A stretch of DNA of 64,000 nt from Sphingorhabdus sp. EL138 (GTDB lineage: Bacteria > Pseudomonadota > Alphaproteobacteria > Sphingomonadales > Sphingomonadaceae). Numbering within the stretch: the first letter of the stretch is position 1; the number at the start of each line of letters is the position of its first letter. A program made the position numbers and the translations under genes. Shown here in pieces: positions 41,926-53,150 of this stretch. Below the pieces are notes generated by a model that did no database searches, was not told the origin of the DNA, and saw nothing but the letters and a program-made list of their open reading frames with translations. The stretch covers positions 33,306-97,305 of the forward strand of contig NZ_CAMDCK010000010.1 in assembly GCF_945890115.1 (NCBI RefSeq), given 5' to 3'.

Positions 41926-43341
41926 ATGGCCGAAGAAAAACTATTTGCAGGACATGCTGTGCGCAGGATCCGCCGCGCTTATGGTCTGACGCAGGGATCA
42001 ATGGCTGATACGCTTGCGATTTCGCCGTCATATCTCAATCTGATTGAACGTAATCAACGGCCGTTGACCGCGACCTTGTTATTGAAACTGGCGCAGTCTT
42101 ATGACTTCGACCCGCGAACATTAAAGGGTGCAACGCCGGGTGGGGGCGTTGATGCCATCCGGCGTCGGCTCAGTGACCCGATATTTGCAGACCTCGCCGT
42201 TGACCGGGCGCAAGTCGAAGAATGGATTGCCGCAAGCCCGGATGCGGTTGAGGCGTTTGCCCGCGCATTCGACCGCCTTTCCGGTGGCTCGCACGGCGGG
42301 GCCACCGCAGCAGCGGGCGGCGCACAGATTGAACCTGAAGCCATCGCATCGGCGCGGCGCGAAATTGAACGCTGGCGCAACCATTTCGCCGATTTGGATT
42401 CGCAGGCCGAGACCCTTGCCGACGAATTGCGGCTCGCCAATGCGGACCTGTATGGCGCGATTACCGAACGGCTCCGCGTAAAGCATCAGCTTTCCATCCG
42501 CATTTTGCCATTTGACGTAATGCCAGACAGGCTCCGTCGCCTTGACCTGCACGCACGGCAGTTGCAATTGTCAGAGTTGCTTGACCCCGCCAGCCGCACC
42601 TTTGCGGCAGCGTTGCAGCTTGGCATGTTGGAGGCAAAGGCGGAGATTGACGCGCTGGTTGCCGGAGCATCCTTCCCGGAACGGGCCGCTGAACGGCTTT
42701 ATCGTCGTCATTTAAGCAGTTATTTTGCTGCTGCTGTCATGATGCCTTATGCGCGCTTCCTCCGCGCCTGCGAAGCCACGGGCTATGATATCATACTTTT
42801 GCAGCGGCGCTTCGGCGCAGGCTTTGAACAGATTGCCCACCGCCTGACGACGTTGCAGCGTGTTGGGCAGCGCGGCCTACCGTTTTTCATGTTGCGCATT
42901 GATAAGGCGGGGCAAAGCAGCAAACGCTACGCGGGTGCAAGCGCATCGCCATTGGTGGAGACGGACCGGCGTTGTCCTTTATGGCATGTGCATAATGTGT
43001 TTGCGCGGCCCGGCACGTTGATGCCGCATTTGGTGGAGTTAGAGGACAGCAGTCGCTGGTTCACTTTGTCGCGTACTGTGCACCCACAAACCGCGGTGAG
43101 CGGCAGCGTTGAGGCCGAGTTCGCGATTTGCCTTGGCTTGGACGCAAATCTTGCCGCACCATTGGCCGCTGCCCGTGGTTTGGACCTTAGAAATGGCATG
43201 GCGACGGCCATCGGACTTGGCTGTTCAGCGTGTACGCGACCAGAATGCTCCCAAAGAAGTGCGCCGCCCGCTGGACGGGTGCTGGTATTCAATGAACGCG
43301 AACGCGGTATGTCGCCTTTTACCTTTGATCAAAGTGCCTGA
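41926..43341 (+). CDS. XRE-family HTH regulator with ImmA/IrrE-like peptidase and DUF2083-type C-terminal region (ScfR/RamB-like)
   Basis: 471 aa. N-terminal HTH (LTQGSMADTLAISPSYLNLIERNQRP) and a Cys-rich C-terminus. Divergent from aceA. Confidence 0.82.
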   Translation: MAEEKLFAGHAVRRIRRAYGLTQGSMADTLAISPSYLNLIERNQRPLTATLLLKLAQSYDFDPRTLKGATPGGGVDAIRRRLSDPIFADLAVDRAQVEEWIAASPDAVEAFARAFDRLSGGSHGGATAAAGGAQIEPEAIASARREIERWRNHFADLDSQAETLADELRLANADLYGAITERLRVKHQLSIRILPFDVMPDRLRRLDLHARQLQLSELLDPASRTFAAALQLGMLEAKAEIDALVAGASFPERAAERLYRRHLSSYFAAAVMMPYARFLRACEATGYDIILLQRRFGAGFEQIAHRLTTLQRVGQRGLPFFMLRIDKAGQSSKRYAGASASPLVETDRRCPLWHVHNVFARPGTLMPHLVELEDSSRWFTLSRTVHPQTAVSGSVEAEFAICLGLDANLAAPLAAARGLDLRNGMATAIGLGCSACTRPECSQRSAPPAGRVLVFNERERGMSPFTFDQSA

Positions 43342-43355
43342 AGCTGACCCAAAGC

Positions 43356-43697
43356 CTAGTTCAGCGCGAGCAACTCTGCTGGATCAATGCCTGCGCGCTG
43401 CATCTGTGCCTTTATGTCGGGCCAAACATTCTGAACGAAATTGTCGCGTTCAAAATTCCGCAGTTTAGCAGTGGCGCCACGGGCCACAAACAGGCCAACG
43501 CCTCGTTTAACGTCGACCAAGCCGCTGTCTTGAAATAACTGATAGGCCTTGGCCACGGTCAGGGGATTTGCACCCTGCACCGCTGCAAATGCACGCACGG
43601 AGGGCAGCATTTCTCCCTCTTTATATTTGCCGTCGAGGATTGCCGCAGCAATCACGTCACGCAATTTAAGATAGACTGGCTTTACATCATTTTTCAT
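43356..43697 (-). CDS. Short GntR-family transcriptional regulator (winged HTH only)
   Basis: 113 aa. Contains LPSVRAFAAVQGANPLTVAKAYQLFQDSGLVDVKRGVGLFV. Confidence 0.8.
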   Translation of the reverse strand: MKNDVKPVYLKLRDVIAAAILDGKYKEGEMLPSVRAFAAVQGANPLTVAKAYQLFQDSGLVDVKRGVGLFVARGATAKLRNFERDNFVQNVWPDIKAQMQRAGIDPAELLALN

Positions 43698-43754
43698 TAC
43701 ATGCTTACTGCCATAATACAGTATGGCGCGTCAAGCATCGCTAAAACTATGCAG

Positions 43755-44363
43755 TCATGGCCATACACGGATGATGTCACTTGGCACAGGGCGTGGGCGT
43801 TCTTCCAAGCCAAGCGCTGGGGTTCCGATAAAGAACATGCCCGCTATTTGCTCCTCGCCCTGACAGATGGCCGCGTGCACCACAGGGTCGTAATTTGCCC
43901 ATCCTGTGATCCAGCTACCGACAAAGCCATGCGCATGCGCCGCGTGGAGTAAATTCATACCCACTGCGCCAACGCTCATCTGCTGCTCCCATACCGGAAT
44001 TTTCAGGCTTGGTTGCGGGGCGAATATCAACATGATGAGGGTTGGGGCCATATGCGCCGGGGCAATCGCCGCTTCAATTTGCACTGGGCGCGCGTCGGGG
44101 TTCGCATCGCAGAATGCTGTTTTCAACAGGTCCGCAAAGGCCGATCGGTCGGTAATCTCGACAAAACGCCACGGGAATAATTTGCCATGGTCGGGGGTAC
44201 GCATCGCCGTTTGCAGGATCAGGTCAAGCTTCACGGCGTCGGGGCCGGGGGCAACCATATCGCGTGGCTTGCCAGAGCGGCGGGTTTCCAGATAGGCGGT
44301 GACAGAAGAAAGATCGTTGAACATGGCCTGCTGTTCGTCGAAAAGCAGCAACAAGTGCAACAA
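43755..44363 (-). CDS. Nitroreductase family protein
   Basis: Contains RRSGKP..., TPDHGKLFPWRF, and a typical nitroreductase C-terminus. The start is possibly MFNDL at 44324. Confidence 0.8.
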   Translation of the reverse strand: MLHLLLLFDEQQAMFNDLSSVTAYLETRRSGKPRDMVAPGPDAVKLDLILQTAMRTPDHGKLFPWRFVEITDRSAFADLLKTAFCDANPDARPVQIEAAIAPAHMAPTLIMLIFAPQPSLKIPVWEQQMSVGAVGMNLLHAAHAHGFVGSWITGWANYDPVVHAAICQGEEQIAGMFFIGTPALGLEERPRPVPSDIIRVWP

Positions 44364-44450
44364 AATTCTTCACAGGCTCGATTTTTCAGTTAGATGACGC
44401 ATTAGAAAAACAGTCGGCGAAGACCGACTATTTAAAGGTTATCGAGGGGA

Positions 44451-46058
44451 TTGCACATGGGTCTGAAAGACATTGCGCTTTGGCAGGAGCAGGATTGGAT
44501 TACTGCGATTGCAGCTGCAGTTCTGGGTTTCTTCTTGCTTGGCGGGGCCTATATCGCGACCCGCAAGGAGCCTGAATTTGCCGGCCATCCACGCGGTCTC
44601 TACGTTCTCTTTTTCGCAGAGATGTGGGAGCGTTTTTCCTATTATGGAATGCGCGCGCTGCTTATCCTTTACCTTACAAAGCACTGGCTCTTTTCCGACG
44701 GCCAATCGAACCTAATCTATGGCGCCTATACTAGCCTTGTGTACATCACGCCGGTTCTCGGCGGGTGGTTTGCTGACCGGTATCTAGGCCAGCGCAAGGC
44801 GGTGGCATTCGGTGCGGTCCTGCTGACCTTTGGTCATGTCTTGATGGCATTTGAAGGTTTGGCGGGCGTTACCGACCCCTTGGTGAAACAGTCGGATCCC
44901 GCGATCAACATATTCTGGCTGGCGTTGGCCTTCATCATTGTGGGCTCGGGCTTCCTCAAGGCCAATATCTCCGTTATTGTCGGTCAACTCTATCCGCGCA
45001 CCGATGTGCGTCGTGACGGTGCTTACACCATCTTCTATATGGGTATTAACGTGGGTGCTGCGATTGGTACCATTTTTGCTGGTTATCTTGGTGAAACCTA
45101 TGGCTGGTCCTATGGCTTCGGCGCAGCTGGTCTCGGCATGCTGCTCGGTCTGATCGTCTTTGTGCTCGGCAAGCCTTTACTCATGGGCCGCGGCGAAGCG
45201 CCTGCACCCATGACTAAGTTGACCGAATATAGCATTTATGGCGTCGGCCTTGCCGCTGTTGCCGGTATCTGGCTGCTGATCCAGTATCAGGGCTTTTATG
45301 GCTGGTTGCTGCTCGGCCTTGGTGTCCTGTTACTCGGCTATGTGCTGCTGCAGTCTTTCAAGCTAGATATAGAGGCGCGCCATCGCATCTATGCTATCCT
45401 TTTCCTGTTGGCGTTGCAGCCCCTCTTTTGGGCGTTGTTCGAGCAGGCCGGTGGTAGCATGAACCTGTTCACCGACCGATTTGTCGATCGTCAGGGCGTG
45501 CCTGCGTCGATCTTCCAGTCGATTAACCCGATCTACATCATCCTGCTCGGACCTATCTTTGCCGGCCTTTGGGTGTGGCTCGGCCGACGCGGACTGGAGC
45601 CTTCGACCCCTGCCAAATTCGGCATCGCGCTGGCGCAGATTGGCTTTGCCAACCTCGTCCTCGTATGGGGTGCGAACAGCGTTGGTTCCGATACTCTGGT
45701 GCCGGTGTTGTTCATTTTCGCATTTTACCTGTTCGCCACGACTGCAGAGCTCTGCCTCTCGCCAGTCGGGCTGTCGGCTATGAACCGGCTTGCGCCTGCG
45801 ACCATGGCATCGCTGATCATGGGTGCTTGGTTCTTCGCCACTGCGGGCGGCAACTTCCTTGCCGGCGTCATCGGCGCTGCAACGGGCGGCCATGATGGTG
45901 CGATGACCCGTGAGGGCTTGATCAACGTCTATGAACAGATCGGCTACATCACCATTGCTATCGGCGTGGCTGTTCTTCTGGTGTCACCTCTGGTGAAACG
46001 CCTGATGCACCTCGACACGCTTAAGGACGAAGACACTGCAGAAGAAAAGGCAGCTTAA
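44451..46058 (+). CDS. POT/PTR2-family di-/tripeptide:proton symporter (MFS)
   Basis: 535 aa. Signature FFAEMWERFSYYGMRALLILYL and GGWFADRYLGQRK. Confidence 0.92.
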   Translation: MHMGLKDIALWQEQDWITAIAAAVLGFFLLGGAYIATRKEPEFAGHPRGLYVLFFAEMWERFSYYGMRALLILYLTKHWLFSDGQSNLIYGAYTSLVYITPVLGGWFADRYLGQRKAVAFGAVLLTFGHVLMAFEGLAGVTDPLVKQSDPAINIFWLALAFIIVGSGFLKANISVIVGQLYPRTDVRRDGAYTIFYMGINVGAAIGTIFAGYLGETYGWSYGFGAAGLGMLLGLIVFVLGKPLLMGRGEAPAPMTKLTEYSIYGVGLAAVAGIWLLIQYQGFYGWLLLGLGVLLLGYVLLQSFKLDIEARHRIYAILFLLALQPLFWALFEQAGGSMNLFTDRFVDRQGVPASIFQSINPIYIILLGPIFAGLWVWLGRRGLEPSTPAKFGIALAQIGFANLVLVWGANSVGSDTLVPVLFIFAFYLFATTAELCLSPVGLSAMNRLAPATMASLIMGAWFFATAGGNFLAGVIGAATGGHDGAMTREGLINVYEQIGYITIAIGVAVLLVSPLVKRLMHLDTLKDEDTAEEKAA

Positions 46059-46062
46059 GCAT

Positions 46063-47460
46063 ATGAAGAGCAATTTGCGCTGGTCGATCCTGGCCGCTCC
46101 ACTGGCCCTGATGGCGTGTTCCAACGCCGAGGGTCCAAAGACCGTTTCCGCAACCCCTGCGGTGAAGCCAACGGAAAAGGCACCCGCGCCGTTTCCATCA
46201 ACATATAAAGCCTATCCCGGTGTCGCGACGGCCATTCGTAACGTTACCCTGTATGATGGCGAAGGCGGCAAGATCGACAATGGCGTGGTGTTCATGTCCG
46301 GCGGCAAGATTAGCAGCGTTGGCGGCCCAGATACGGCTATTCCGGCTGGCGTGAATGTTGTCGACGGCACAGGCAAGTTTGTGACGCCTGGCATCATCGA
46401 TATTCACTCCCATCTGGGTGACTATCCCACGCCATCAGTTGAGGCGCACAGCGACGGTAATGAGGCGACATCGCCCACGACCCCCGAAGTATGGGCGGAA
46501 CATAGCGTATGGCCGCAAGACCCCGGTTTCAGCCGCGCGCTCGCCAATGGCGGCGTGACGGCGTTGCAGGTATTGCCGGGTTCAGCAAACCTCATGGGTG
46601 GCCGGTCGGTCGTCCTGAAAAACGTCTATGCCCGCACGGTGCAGGGTATGAAGTTCCCCGACGCGCCTTATGGTATGAAAATGGCCTGCGGTGAAAATCC
46701 GAAGCGGGTTTACGGAAGCAAGGGGCGGATGCCCTCAACACGCATGGGCAACATCGCGGTGAACCGGCAGACGTGGATTAAGGCGCAGGAATATAAGAAA
46801 AAGCGCGATAGCGGCAAAGAATATACCCGCGATATCGGCATGGAAACATTGGCTGGCGTATTGGATGGTGACATCTCGATCCAGAACCATTGCTACCGCG
46901 CTGACGAAATGGCGATCGTCCTCGATATGGCCAAGGAATTTGGCTATAAGGTATCGACATTCCACCATGCGGTAGAAAGCTACAAAATAGCGGATCTGCT
47001 GCGCGATAATGACGTATGTTCGGCCGTTTGGGCCGATTGGTGGGGCTTTAAGATGGAGGCGTATGACGCCATTCCGGAAAACGCAGCCATACTGCACAAT
47101 ACAGGCGCTTGTGTCATCATCCACTCCGATGATGAAAATCAGATTCAGCGTTTGAACCAAGAAGCGGCAAAGGCGCAAGCCGATGGCCGTCGGATGGGCT
47201 TCAACATCAGCGATGCGGACGTCATTAAATGGTTGACCTATAACCCTGCCAAGGCGCTGGGCATTGATGCCAAGACGGGCAGCTTAAAGGCTGGTAAAAT
47301 GGCCGATGTCGTGTTGTGGAACGGTAATCCGCTGAGCGTTTATGCCCGTCCTGACAAGGTATGGATCGATGGTGCGCTGATGTTTGATGCAAGCAACCCC
47401 AAGATACGTCCGGTCAGCGATTTTGAACTTGGCCAACCCGGTGAAGGAGATGTGAAATGA
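46063..47460 (+). CDS. Amidohydrolase-superfamily metallo-dipeptidase-like lipoprotein
   Basis: 465 aa. Lipobox LALMAC, HxH metal motif (IDIHSH), and the C-terminal GSLKAGKMADVVLW. Confidence 0.87.
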   Translation: MKSNLRWSILAAPLALMACSNAEGPKTVSATPAVKPTEKAPAPFPSTYKAYPGVATAIRNVTLYDGEGGKIDNGVVFMSGGKISSVGGPDTAIPAGVNVVDGTGKFVTPGIIDIHSHLGDYPTPSVEAHSDGNEATSPTTPEVWAEHSVWPQDPGFSRALANGGVTALQVLPGSANLMGGRSVVLKNVYARTVQGMKFPDAPYGMKMACGENPKRVYGSKGRMPSTRMGNIAVNRQTWIKAQEYKKKRDSGKEYTRDIGMETLAGVLDGDISIQNHCYRADEMAIVLDMAKEFGYKVSTFHHAVESYKIADLLRDNDVCSAVWADWWGFKMEAYDAIPENAAILHNTGACVIIHSDDENQIQRLNQEAAKAQADGRRMGFNISDADVIKWLTYNPAKALGIDAKTGSLKAGKMADVVLWNGNPLSVYARPDKVWIDGALMFDASNPKIRPVSDFELGQPGEGDVK

Positions 47461-48749
47461 GGCATTTCCTCTATGCCGCTGCTGCTGTGGCAGCTTTTGC
47501 AACACCTGTTGCCGCCGAAACTATTGCCATCACGGGTGGCCGCGTCGTGGTCGGGGATGGCAGTGCACCAATTGAAGGTGGCACTGTGGTTATCCGCGAC
47601 GGTAAAGTTGTTGCCGCCGGCGCAACTGTGGCCATACCATCTGGCGCGCGCCAGATTGATGCCACAGGCAAATGGGTGACGCCCGGGGTATTTGCCGGTT
47701 TTACGCGACTTGGCCTAGCCGAAGTGGACGCGGTCAATGGCACCAATGACAAGAGCGGCGGGCGAAGTGGGTTTTCTGCCGCTATCGACGTTGCGCCTGC
47801 CATTGATCCGTTTCGCTCGCCTTTTGCCGTCAACCGTGCGGCAGGTGTAACCCGCGCTGTGGTTGCACCGGAGGCTGCAGGTAATATCTTTGCAGGCCAG
47901 GGCGCAATTGCCGATCTTGGCGCAGATAGTAACCCAGTGACAAAAGCCCGTGCATTCCAATTTGCCGAGTTCGGTGAAGAAGGGGCCGCGTCTGCGGGGG
48001 GAAGCCGTGCGGGAACGCATCTGCACTTCCGCGCCATGCTACGCGAGGCCCAAGATTATGCCGCTGGACGTGGCACGTTTGATGACGATTTGTTGAAGGC
48101 AGAGGATGCCAAGGCGTTGCTGTCCGTCCTGCGCGGTGAAACCCGTTTGCTGATCCATGTTGAAGGGGCAAATGACATGCTTCGCCTTATGGAGTTGAAG
48201 CGAGATTTTCCCGCAATTAAAATGGTGTTTGTAGGCGTTAGCGAAGGTTGGCGGGTCGCCCGCGAACTCGCACAGGCTGGGATTCCTGTCATCGCGTCCG
48301 CACTTAATGATTTGCCCGCAACATTTGAAATGCTGGGTGCGACGCAAAGCAATATTGGTCGGATGAAAGACGCTGGTGTTCAGGTTGCCATTGGCATGAT
48401 CAACGACCGGGATTCCCACCAATTGCGCTACACAACGCAATATGCGGGTAATATTGTGAGCCTTCAATATGTGCCCGGTGCAACGGGTCTGACATGGGAT
48501 GAGGCTTTTGCTGCGATCAGTTCGGTTCCTGCCGAGATTATGGGCGTAGGCGACCGTCTTGGTAGCTTGAAAGCAGGTAGAGCGGCAGATGTCGTTGTCT
48601 GGGACGGCGACCCGCTTGAGCTTTCCAGTGCCGCCATTACGGTCATCATCGACGGTGTGGAGCAACCGCTCAACAATCGTCAGAATCGCCTGCGTGACCG
48701 TTATGCGCGTCCCACGGAAGGGGATTTGCCGAAGGCCTATGACCGTTGA
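47457..48749 (+). CDS. Amidohydrolase-family protein (paralogous partner, secreted)
   Basis: 430 aa with a signal peptide and GSLKAGRAADVVVWDGDPLE. ATGA overlap with the upstream amidohydrolase. It appears to lack the canonical N-terminal HxH. Confidence 0.85.
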   Translation: MRHFLYAAAAVAAFATPVAAETIAITGGRVVVGDGSAPIEGGTVVIRDGKVVAAGATVAIPSGARQIDATGKWVTPGVFAGFTRLGLAEVDAVNGTNDKSGGRSGFSAAIDVAPAIDPFRSPFAVNRAAGVTRAVVAPEAAGNIFAGQGAIADLGADSNPVTKARAFQFAEFGEEGAASAGGSRAGTHLHFRAMLREAQDYAAGRGTFDDDLLKAEDAKALLSVLRGETRLLIHVEGANDMLRLMELKRDFPAIKMVFVGVSEGWRVARELAQAGIPVIASALNDLPATFEMLGATQSNIGRMKDAGVQVAIGMINDRDSHQLRYTTQYAGNIVSLQYVPGATGLTWDEAFAAISSVPAEIMGVGDRLGSLKAGRAADVVVWDGDPLELSSAAITVIIDGVEQPLNNRQNRLRDRYARPTEGDLPKAYDR

Positions 48750-48800
48750 TTTTCTGACAGCATAACGGGTCAATCTATCTTGGTGGCAGGAGGTGGCGTT

Positions 48801-49478
48801 TTGGACGATTATCTAGCATTGGTTGCGGCGAGCATGTTGTTCGTTGGGAGCCATTTTCTGATGTCGCATCCGTTGCGCGCAATACTTGTCAGCCGATTCG
48901 GGGCAAACGGGTTTATGGCCGTCTATTCGGTCGTTTCGCTGATTACATTTGTGTGGATGATTATTGCATTCGGACATGCGCCCAAGGCCGATGGTCTTTG
49001 GCCTGTGGGTGACGTCATCTGGATAGTTGCGAGTATGCTTACGCTGATTGCTGCGGTCCTGTTTGCGGGCTCGTTCATCCGCAATCCCTCGCTCCCCGGC
49101 GTGCCCAGCGCGCTGGCCGCGCAAACGCCCTCGGGGGTTTTTAAGGCAACACGGCATCCGATGATGTGGGGCTTTGCCTTATGGGGGGTGGGGCATATTC
49201 TTGTGGCACCGCGCATCGACAATTTCATCTTCGCGGGCAGCCTTGTCTTCTTGGCCTTGGCTGGTTCCAAGGCGCAAGAAATTAAGAAGCGCAGCCTGAT
49301 GGGTGGTCAGTGGGCACAGTGGCTACGCCGCACGCATTTCTTTGTCCGCCCCGCTGCATTGTTGCGCGTGGGCATCGGCCCTTGGGTCGCAGGCATTTTG
49401 ATCTGGACCATCGCAACATGGGCGCACCCTTATTGGGGCGTGGGCGGCGCTGGCCTGTTCCGCTGGTTCGGCGGTTAA
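48801..49478 (+). CDS. NnrU family membrane protein
   Basis: Multi-TM protein containing ATRHPMMWGFALWGVGHIL. TTG 48801, 7 nt after AGGAGG (48788-48793), is proposed as the start. The track ORF begins at 48780. Confidence 0.75.
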   Translation: MDDYLALVAASMLFVGSHFLMSHPLRAILVSRFGANGFMAVYSVVSLITFVWMIIAFGHAPKADGLWPVGDVIWIVASMLTLIAAVLFAGSFIRNPSLPGVPSALAAQTPSGVFKATRHPMMWGFALWGVGHILVAPRIDNFIFAGSLVFLALAGSKAQEIKKRSLMGGQWAQWLRRTHFFVRPAALLRVGIGPWVAGILIWTIATWAHPYWGVGGAGLFRWFGG

Positions 49479-49486
49479 TCTTTGGC

Positions 49487-50468
<982 letters not shown>

Positions 50469-50482
<14 letters not shown>

Positions 50483-51713
50483 TGGCTTTGTCCTTTTCAG
50501 ATGCCTCAATTGCGGTTGCAAGCGCCACGTCCATTTGCACATTGCCGGTGGTGCGGAAAATATCGGGCAGTGTCTCAACAGCAATCAGCAGGGCCAAAGG
50601 TTCAATCGGAATGCCAAGCGCCAGACAGATTGGCGCGATAGACGTCACGAAGCTAACCGATCCAGGCAGGCTCACTGCGCCCATGGAGGTCAATGCAGCG
50701 ATGAAGATTGCGAAGCCGTAATCGAAGCCGCTGAGTTCCACCCCAAACCAGTTCGCGACATACAGCGCGACCGCCAAGTTCATCGCCGGACCCGTGACGC
50801 GCAACAAAGCGACCGCCATAGGTAGAACCAAGCCAGCGGTCGATTCCCGCACACCAAGCGCTTCGGCCTTTTTCAACATCAGCGGCAAGCTGGCCAGCGA
50901 CGATTGGGTCGATACCGCAAAGGCCTGTACCGGCGCGATCTGCCGTGCATATTCGCGCAAGCGGACCTTGCCGGCAAACACCGCGACCAGATAGGCAAAG
51001 CCGCCAACGATAATGCCGACGATGGAAACCGTGACGATATAATGGGCAACTGCGCCCAGTGCCGCGAACCCGGATCGTGCGCCAACGACAAAGGCCAAGG
51101 CAAACACGCCGATGGGTGCGAGTTTCAGCACCCATCCAATAACAATGACCATGGCATCCGCCAGCGCGCTGAAAAATCCGGCCATTTGCGCCCTTGGGCC
51201 TTGCGCAAGACGCGTGACCGCAAAAGCAAAAACCAAAGTGAATATCAAAAGCGGCAGGATCGAATCATTGGCGGCGGAGGCAATAGGATTGGTCGGCACC
51301 AGCGCCACAAGAAAGTCGCGCAACGGAGGCTGCTCTGCCACCGCCGGAACGCCTGTAAGCGCAGCGCGTAACGCGGCTGCGCTTTCCGATGGCATCGGCC
51401 ATAACGACAGCAATGTCGGTGTCAGCGCGGCGCCCATGGCCGCTGAAAGACCCATCATAACGACAATCCACGTGACCGTCCGCGCCGCCATGGGGCCAGC
51501 GCGCGCCGCCTCGGCGCTTTTGACAATACCGGTAATCAGCAGCGCCACGACCAATGGCACCACGGTCATCCGAAGGCCGTTAAGCCATAAGGAGCCGACA
51601 ATATCGAGCCAATAGGCGATTTGCGTACCAATGATAGGGACTATCGCGGCGGCAAAAATTCCAAGGGCAAGCCCAATGATGAGCGCGAGGAGAATACTGG
51701 TAGCGTTAGACAT
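50469..51713 (-). CDS. Dicarboxylate/amino-acid:cation symporter (DAACS family)
   Basis: 414 aa, multi-TM, GltP/DctA-like sequence (SSLASLP, ...FRTTGNV). Confidence 0.88.
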
Positions 51714-51809
51714 AGCATCGGGTCTTGCCAGCCCGTCGCTCCCTATGCAAGGGAGAGGGATAGCAGTGCGGAAAAATCATTGAACAACCGCAAAAGAGCA
51801 GGAACGCAC

Positions 51810-53150
51810 ATGGCGCGCAAATATTTCGGAACGGACGGTATCAGGGGACGCAGCAACGTCGGTGCCATGACGCCGGAAATGGCTATGAAGGTCGGCCAAG
51901 CGGCAGGCACGCATTTCCTGCGAGGTGGACATAGGCATCGCGTCGTCATTGGCAAGGATACGCGATTGTCCGGCTATATGATTGAGAACGCATTAGTCGC
52001 TGGCTTCACCAGCGTTGGTATGGATGTTGTTCAGTTTGGCCCGATTCCGACGCCTGCTGTCGCTTTGCTAACACGGTCAATGCGCGCGGATTTGGGCGTG
52101 ATGATTTCGGCCAGTCACAACCCATATGAGGATAATGGCATCAAGCTATTCGGTCCTGATGGCTTTAAATTGTCGGACGCGGACGAACTGGCGATTGAGG
52201 CTTTGCTGGATGTGCAGCTCGCACTGGCGGACGCGGCTGATGTCGGTCGTGCGCGGCGTATTGAAGATAGCCGGGGCCGCTATATCCATGCGATCAAGGC
52301 ATCCGTACCAGAACATATCCGTTTTGACGGTCTGCATGTGGTGCTCGATTGCGCCAATGGTGCGGCGTACCAAGTCGCGCCGACTGCGATTTGGGAGCTT
52401 GGGGCAAAAGTCACGTCAATTGGTATCGAACCCAATGGCAAGAATATCAACGACAAGGTCGGCTCAACGCATGTCACGACGTTGCAGGAAACCGTGGTCG
52501 CTGCAGGCGCCGATATTGGTATCGCACTTGATGGCGATGCCGACCGCCTGATCATCGTGGACGAACATGGCCGCATAGTAGACGGCGACCAGATCATGGC
52601 ATTACTTGGCGGCGCCATGAACCGCAGCGGCAAGCTGACAGGTGGAGGCATTGTCGCGACGGTGATGTCCAATCTTGGGCTCGAACGCTATCTCAAAACG
52701 CAGGACTTGCGCCTTATCCGTGCAAAGGTTGGCGATCGCTATGTTCTTGAAGAAATGCGCAAGCACGGCATCAATGTCGGCGGTGAGCAATCGGGCCATA
52801 TGATCATGTTGGACCATGCAACGACGGGCGATGGCACAATGGCGGCATTGCAGGTCCTGACCCAGCTTGTTACCAGCGGGAGGCCGGCGAGTGAGGTGCT
52901 GCACCTGTTCGACCCCGTTCCCCAACTGCTCAAGAATGTTCGCTTTTCCGGTGGCAAGCCACTTGATAACGCAGATGTTCAGGCTGTCATTGCAAAGGCC
53001 GAGGCCGAGTTGGCGGGCAATGGCCGTTTGGTGATCCGCCCGTCGGGAACAGAACCCGTCATCCGCGTAATGGCGGAGGGCGATGACGCAGCGCAGGTTG
53101 AGCGTATTGTTGATGGCATTTGCGACGCAGTCAGGGCTGCGGCATCCTAA
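51810..53150 (+). CDS. glmM: Phosphoglucosamine mutase
   Basis: Starts at [13 protein letters not shown]. Active-site [13 protein letters not shown] and GEQSGH. The track ORF starts upstream at 51621. Confidence 0.95.
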   Translation: MARKYFGTDGIRGRSNVGAMTPEMAMKVGQAAGTHFLRGGHRHRVVIGKDTRLSGYMIENALVAGFTSVGMDVVQFGPIPTPAVALLTRSMRADLGVMISASHNPYEDNGIKLFGPDGFKLSDADELAIEALLDVQLALADAADVGRARRIEDSRGRYIHAIKASVPEHIRFDGLHVVLDCANGAAYQVAPTAIWELGAKVTSIGIEPNGKNINDKVGSTHVTTLQETVVAAGADIGIALDGDADRLIIVDEHGRIVDGDQIMALLGGAMNRSGKLTGGGIVATVMSNLGLERYLKTQDLRLIRAKVGDRYVLEEMRKHGINVGGEQSGHMIMLDHATTGDGTMAALQVLTQLVTSGRPASEVLHLFDPVPQLLKNVRFSGGKPLDNADVQAVIAKAEAELAGNGRLVIRPSGTEPVIRVMAEGDDAAQVERIVDGICDAVRAAAS

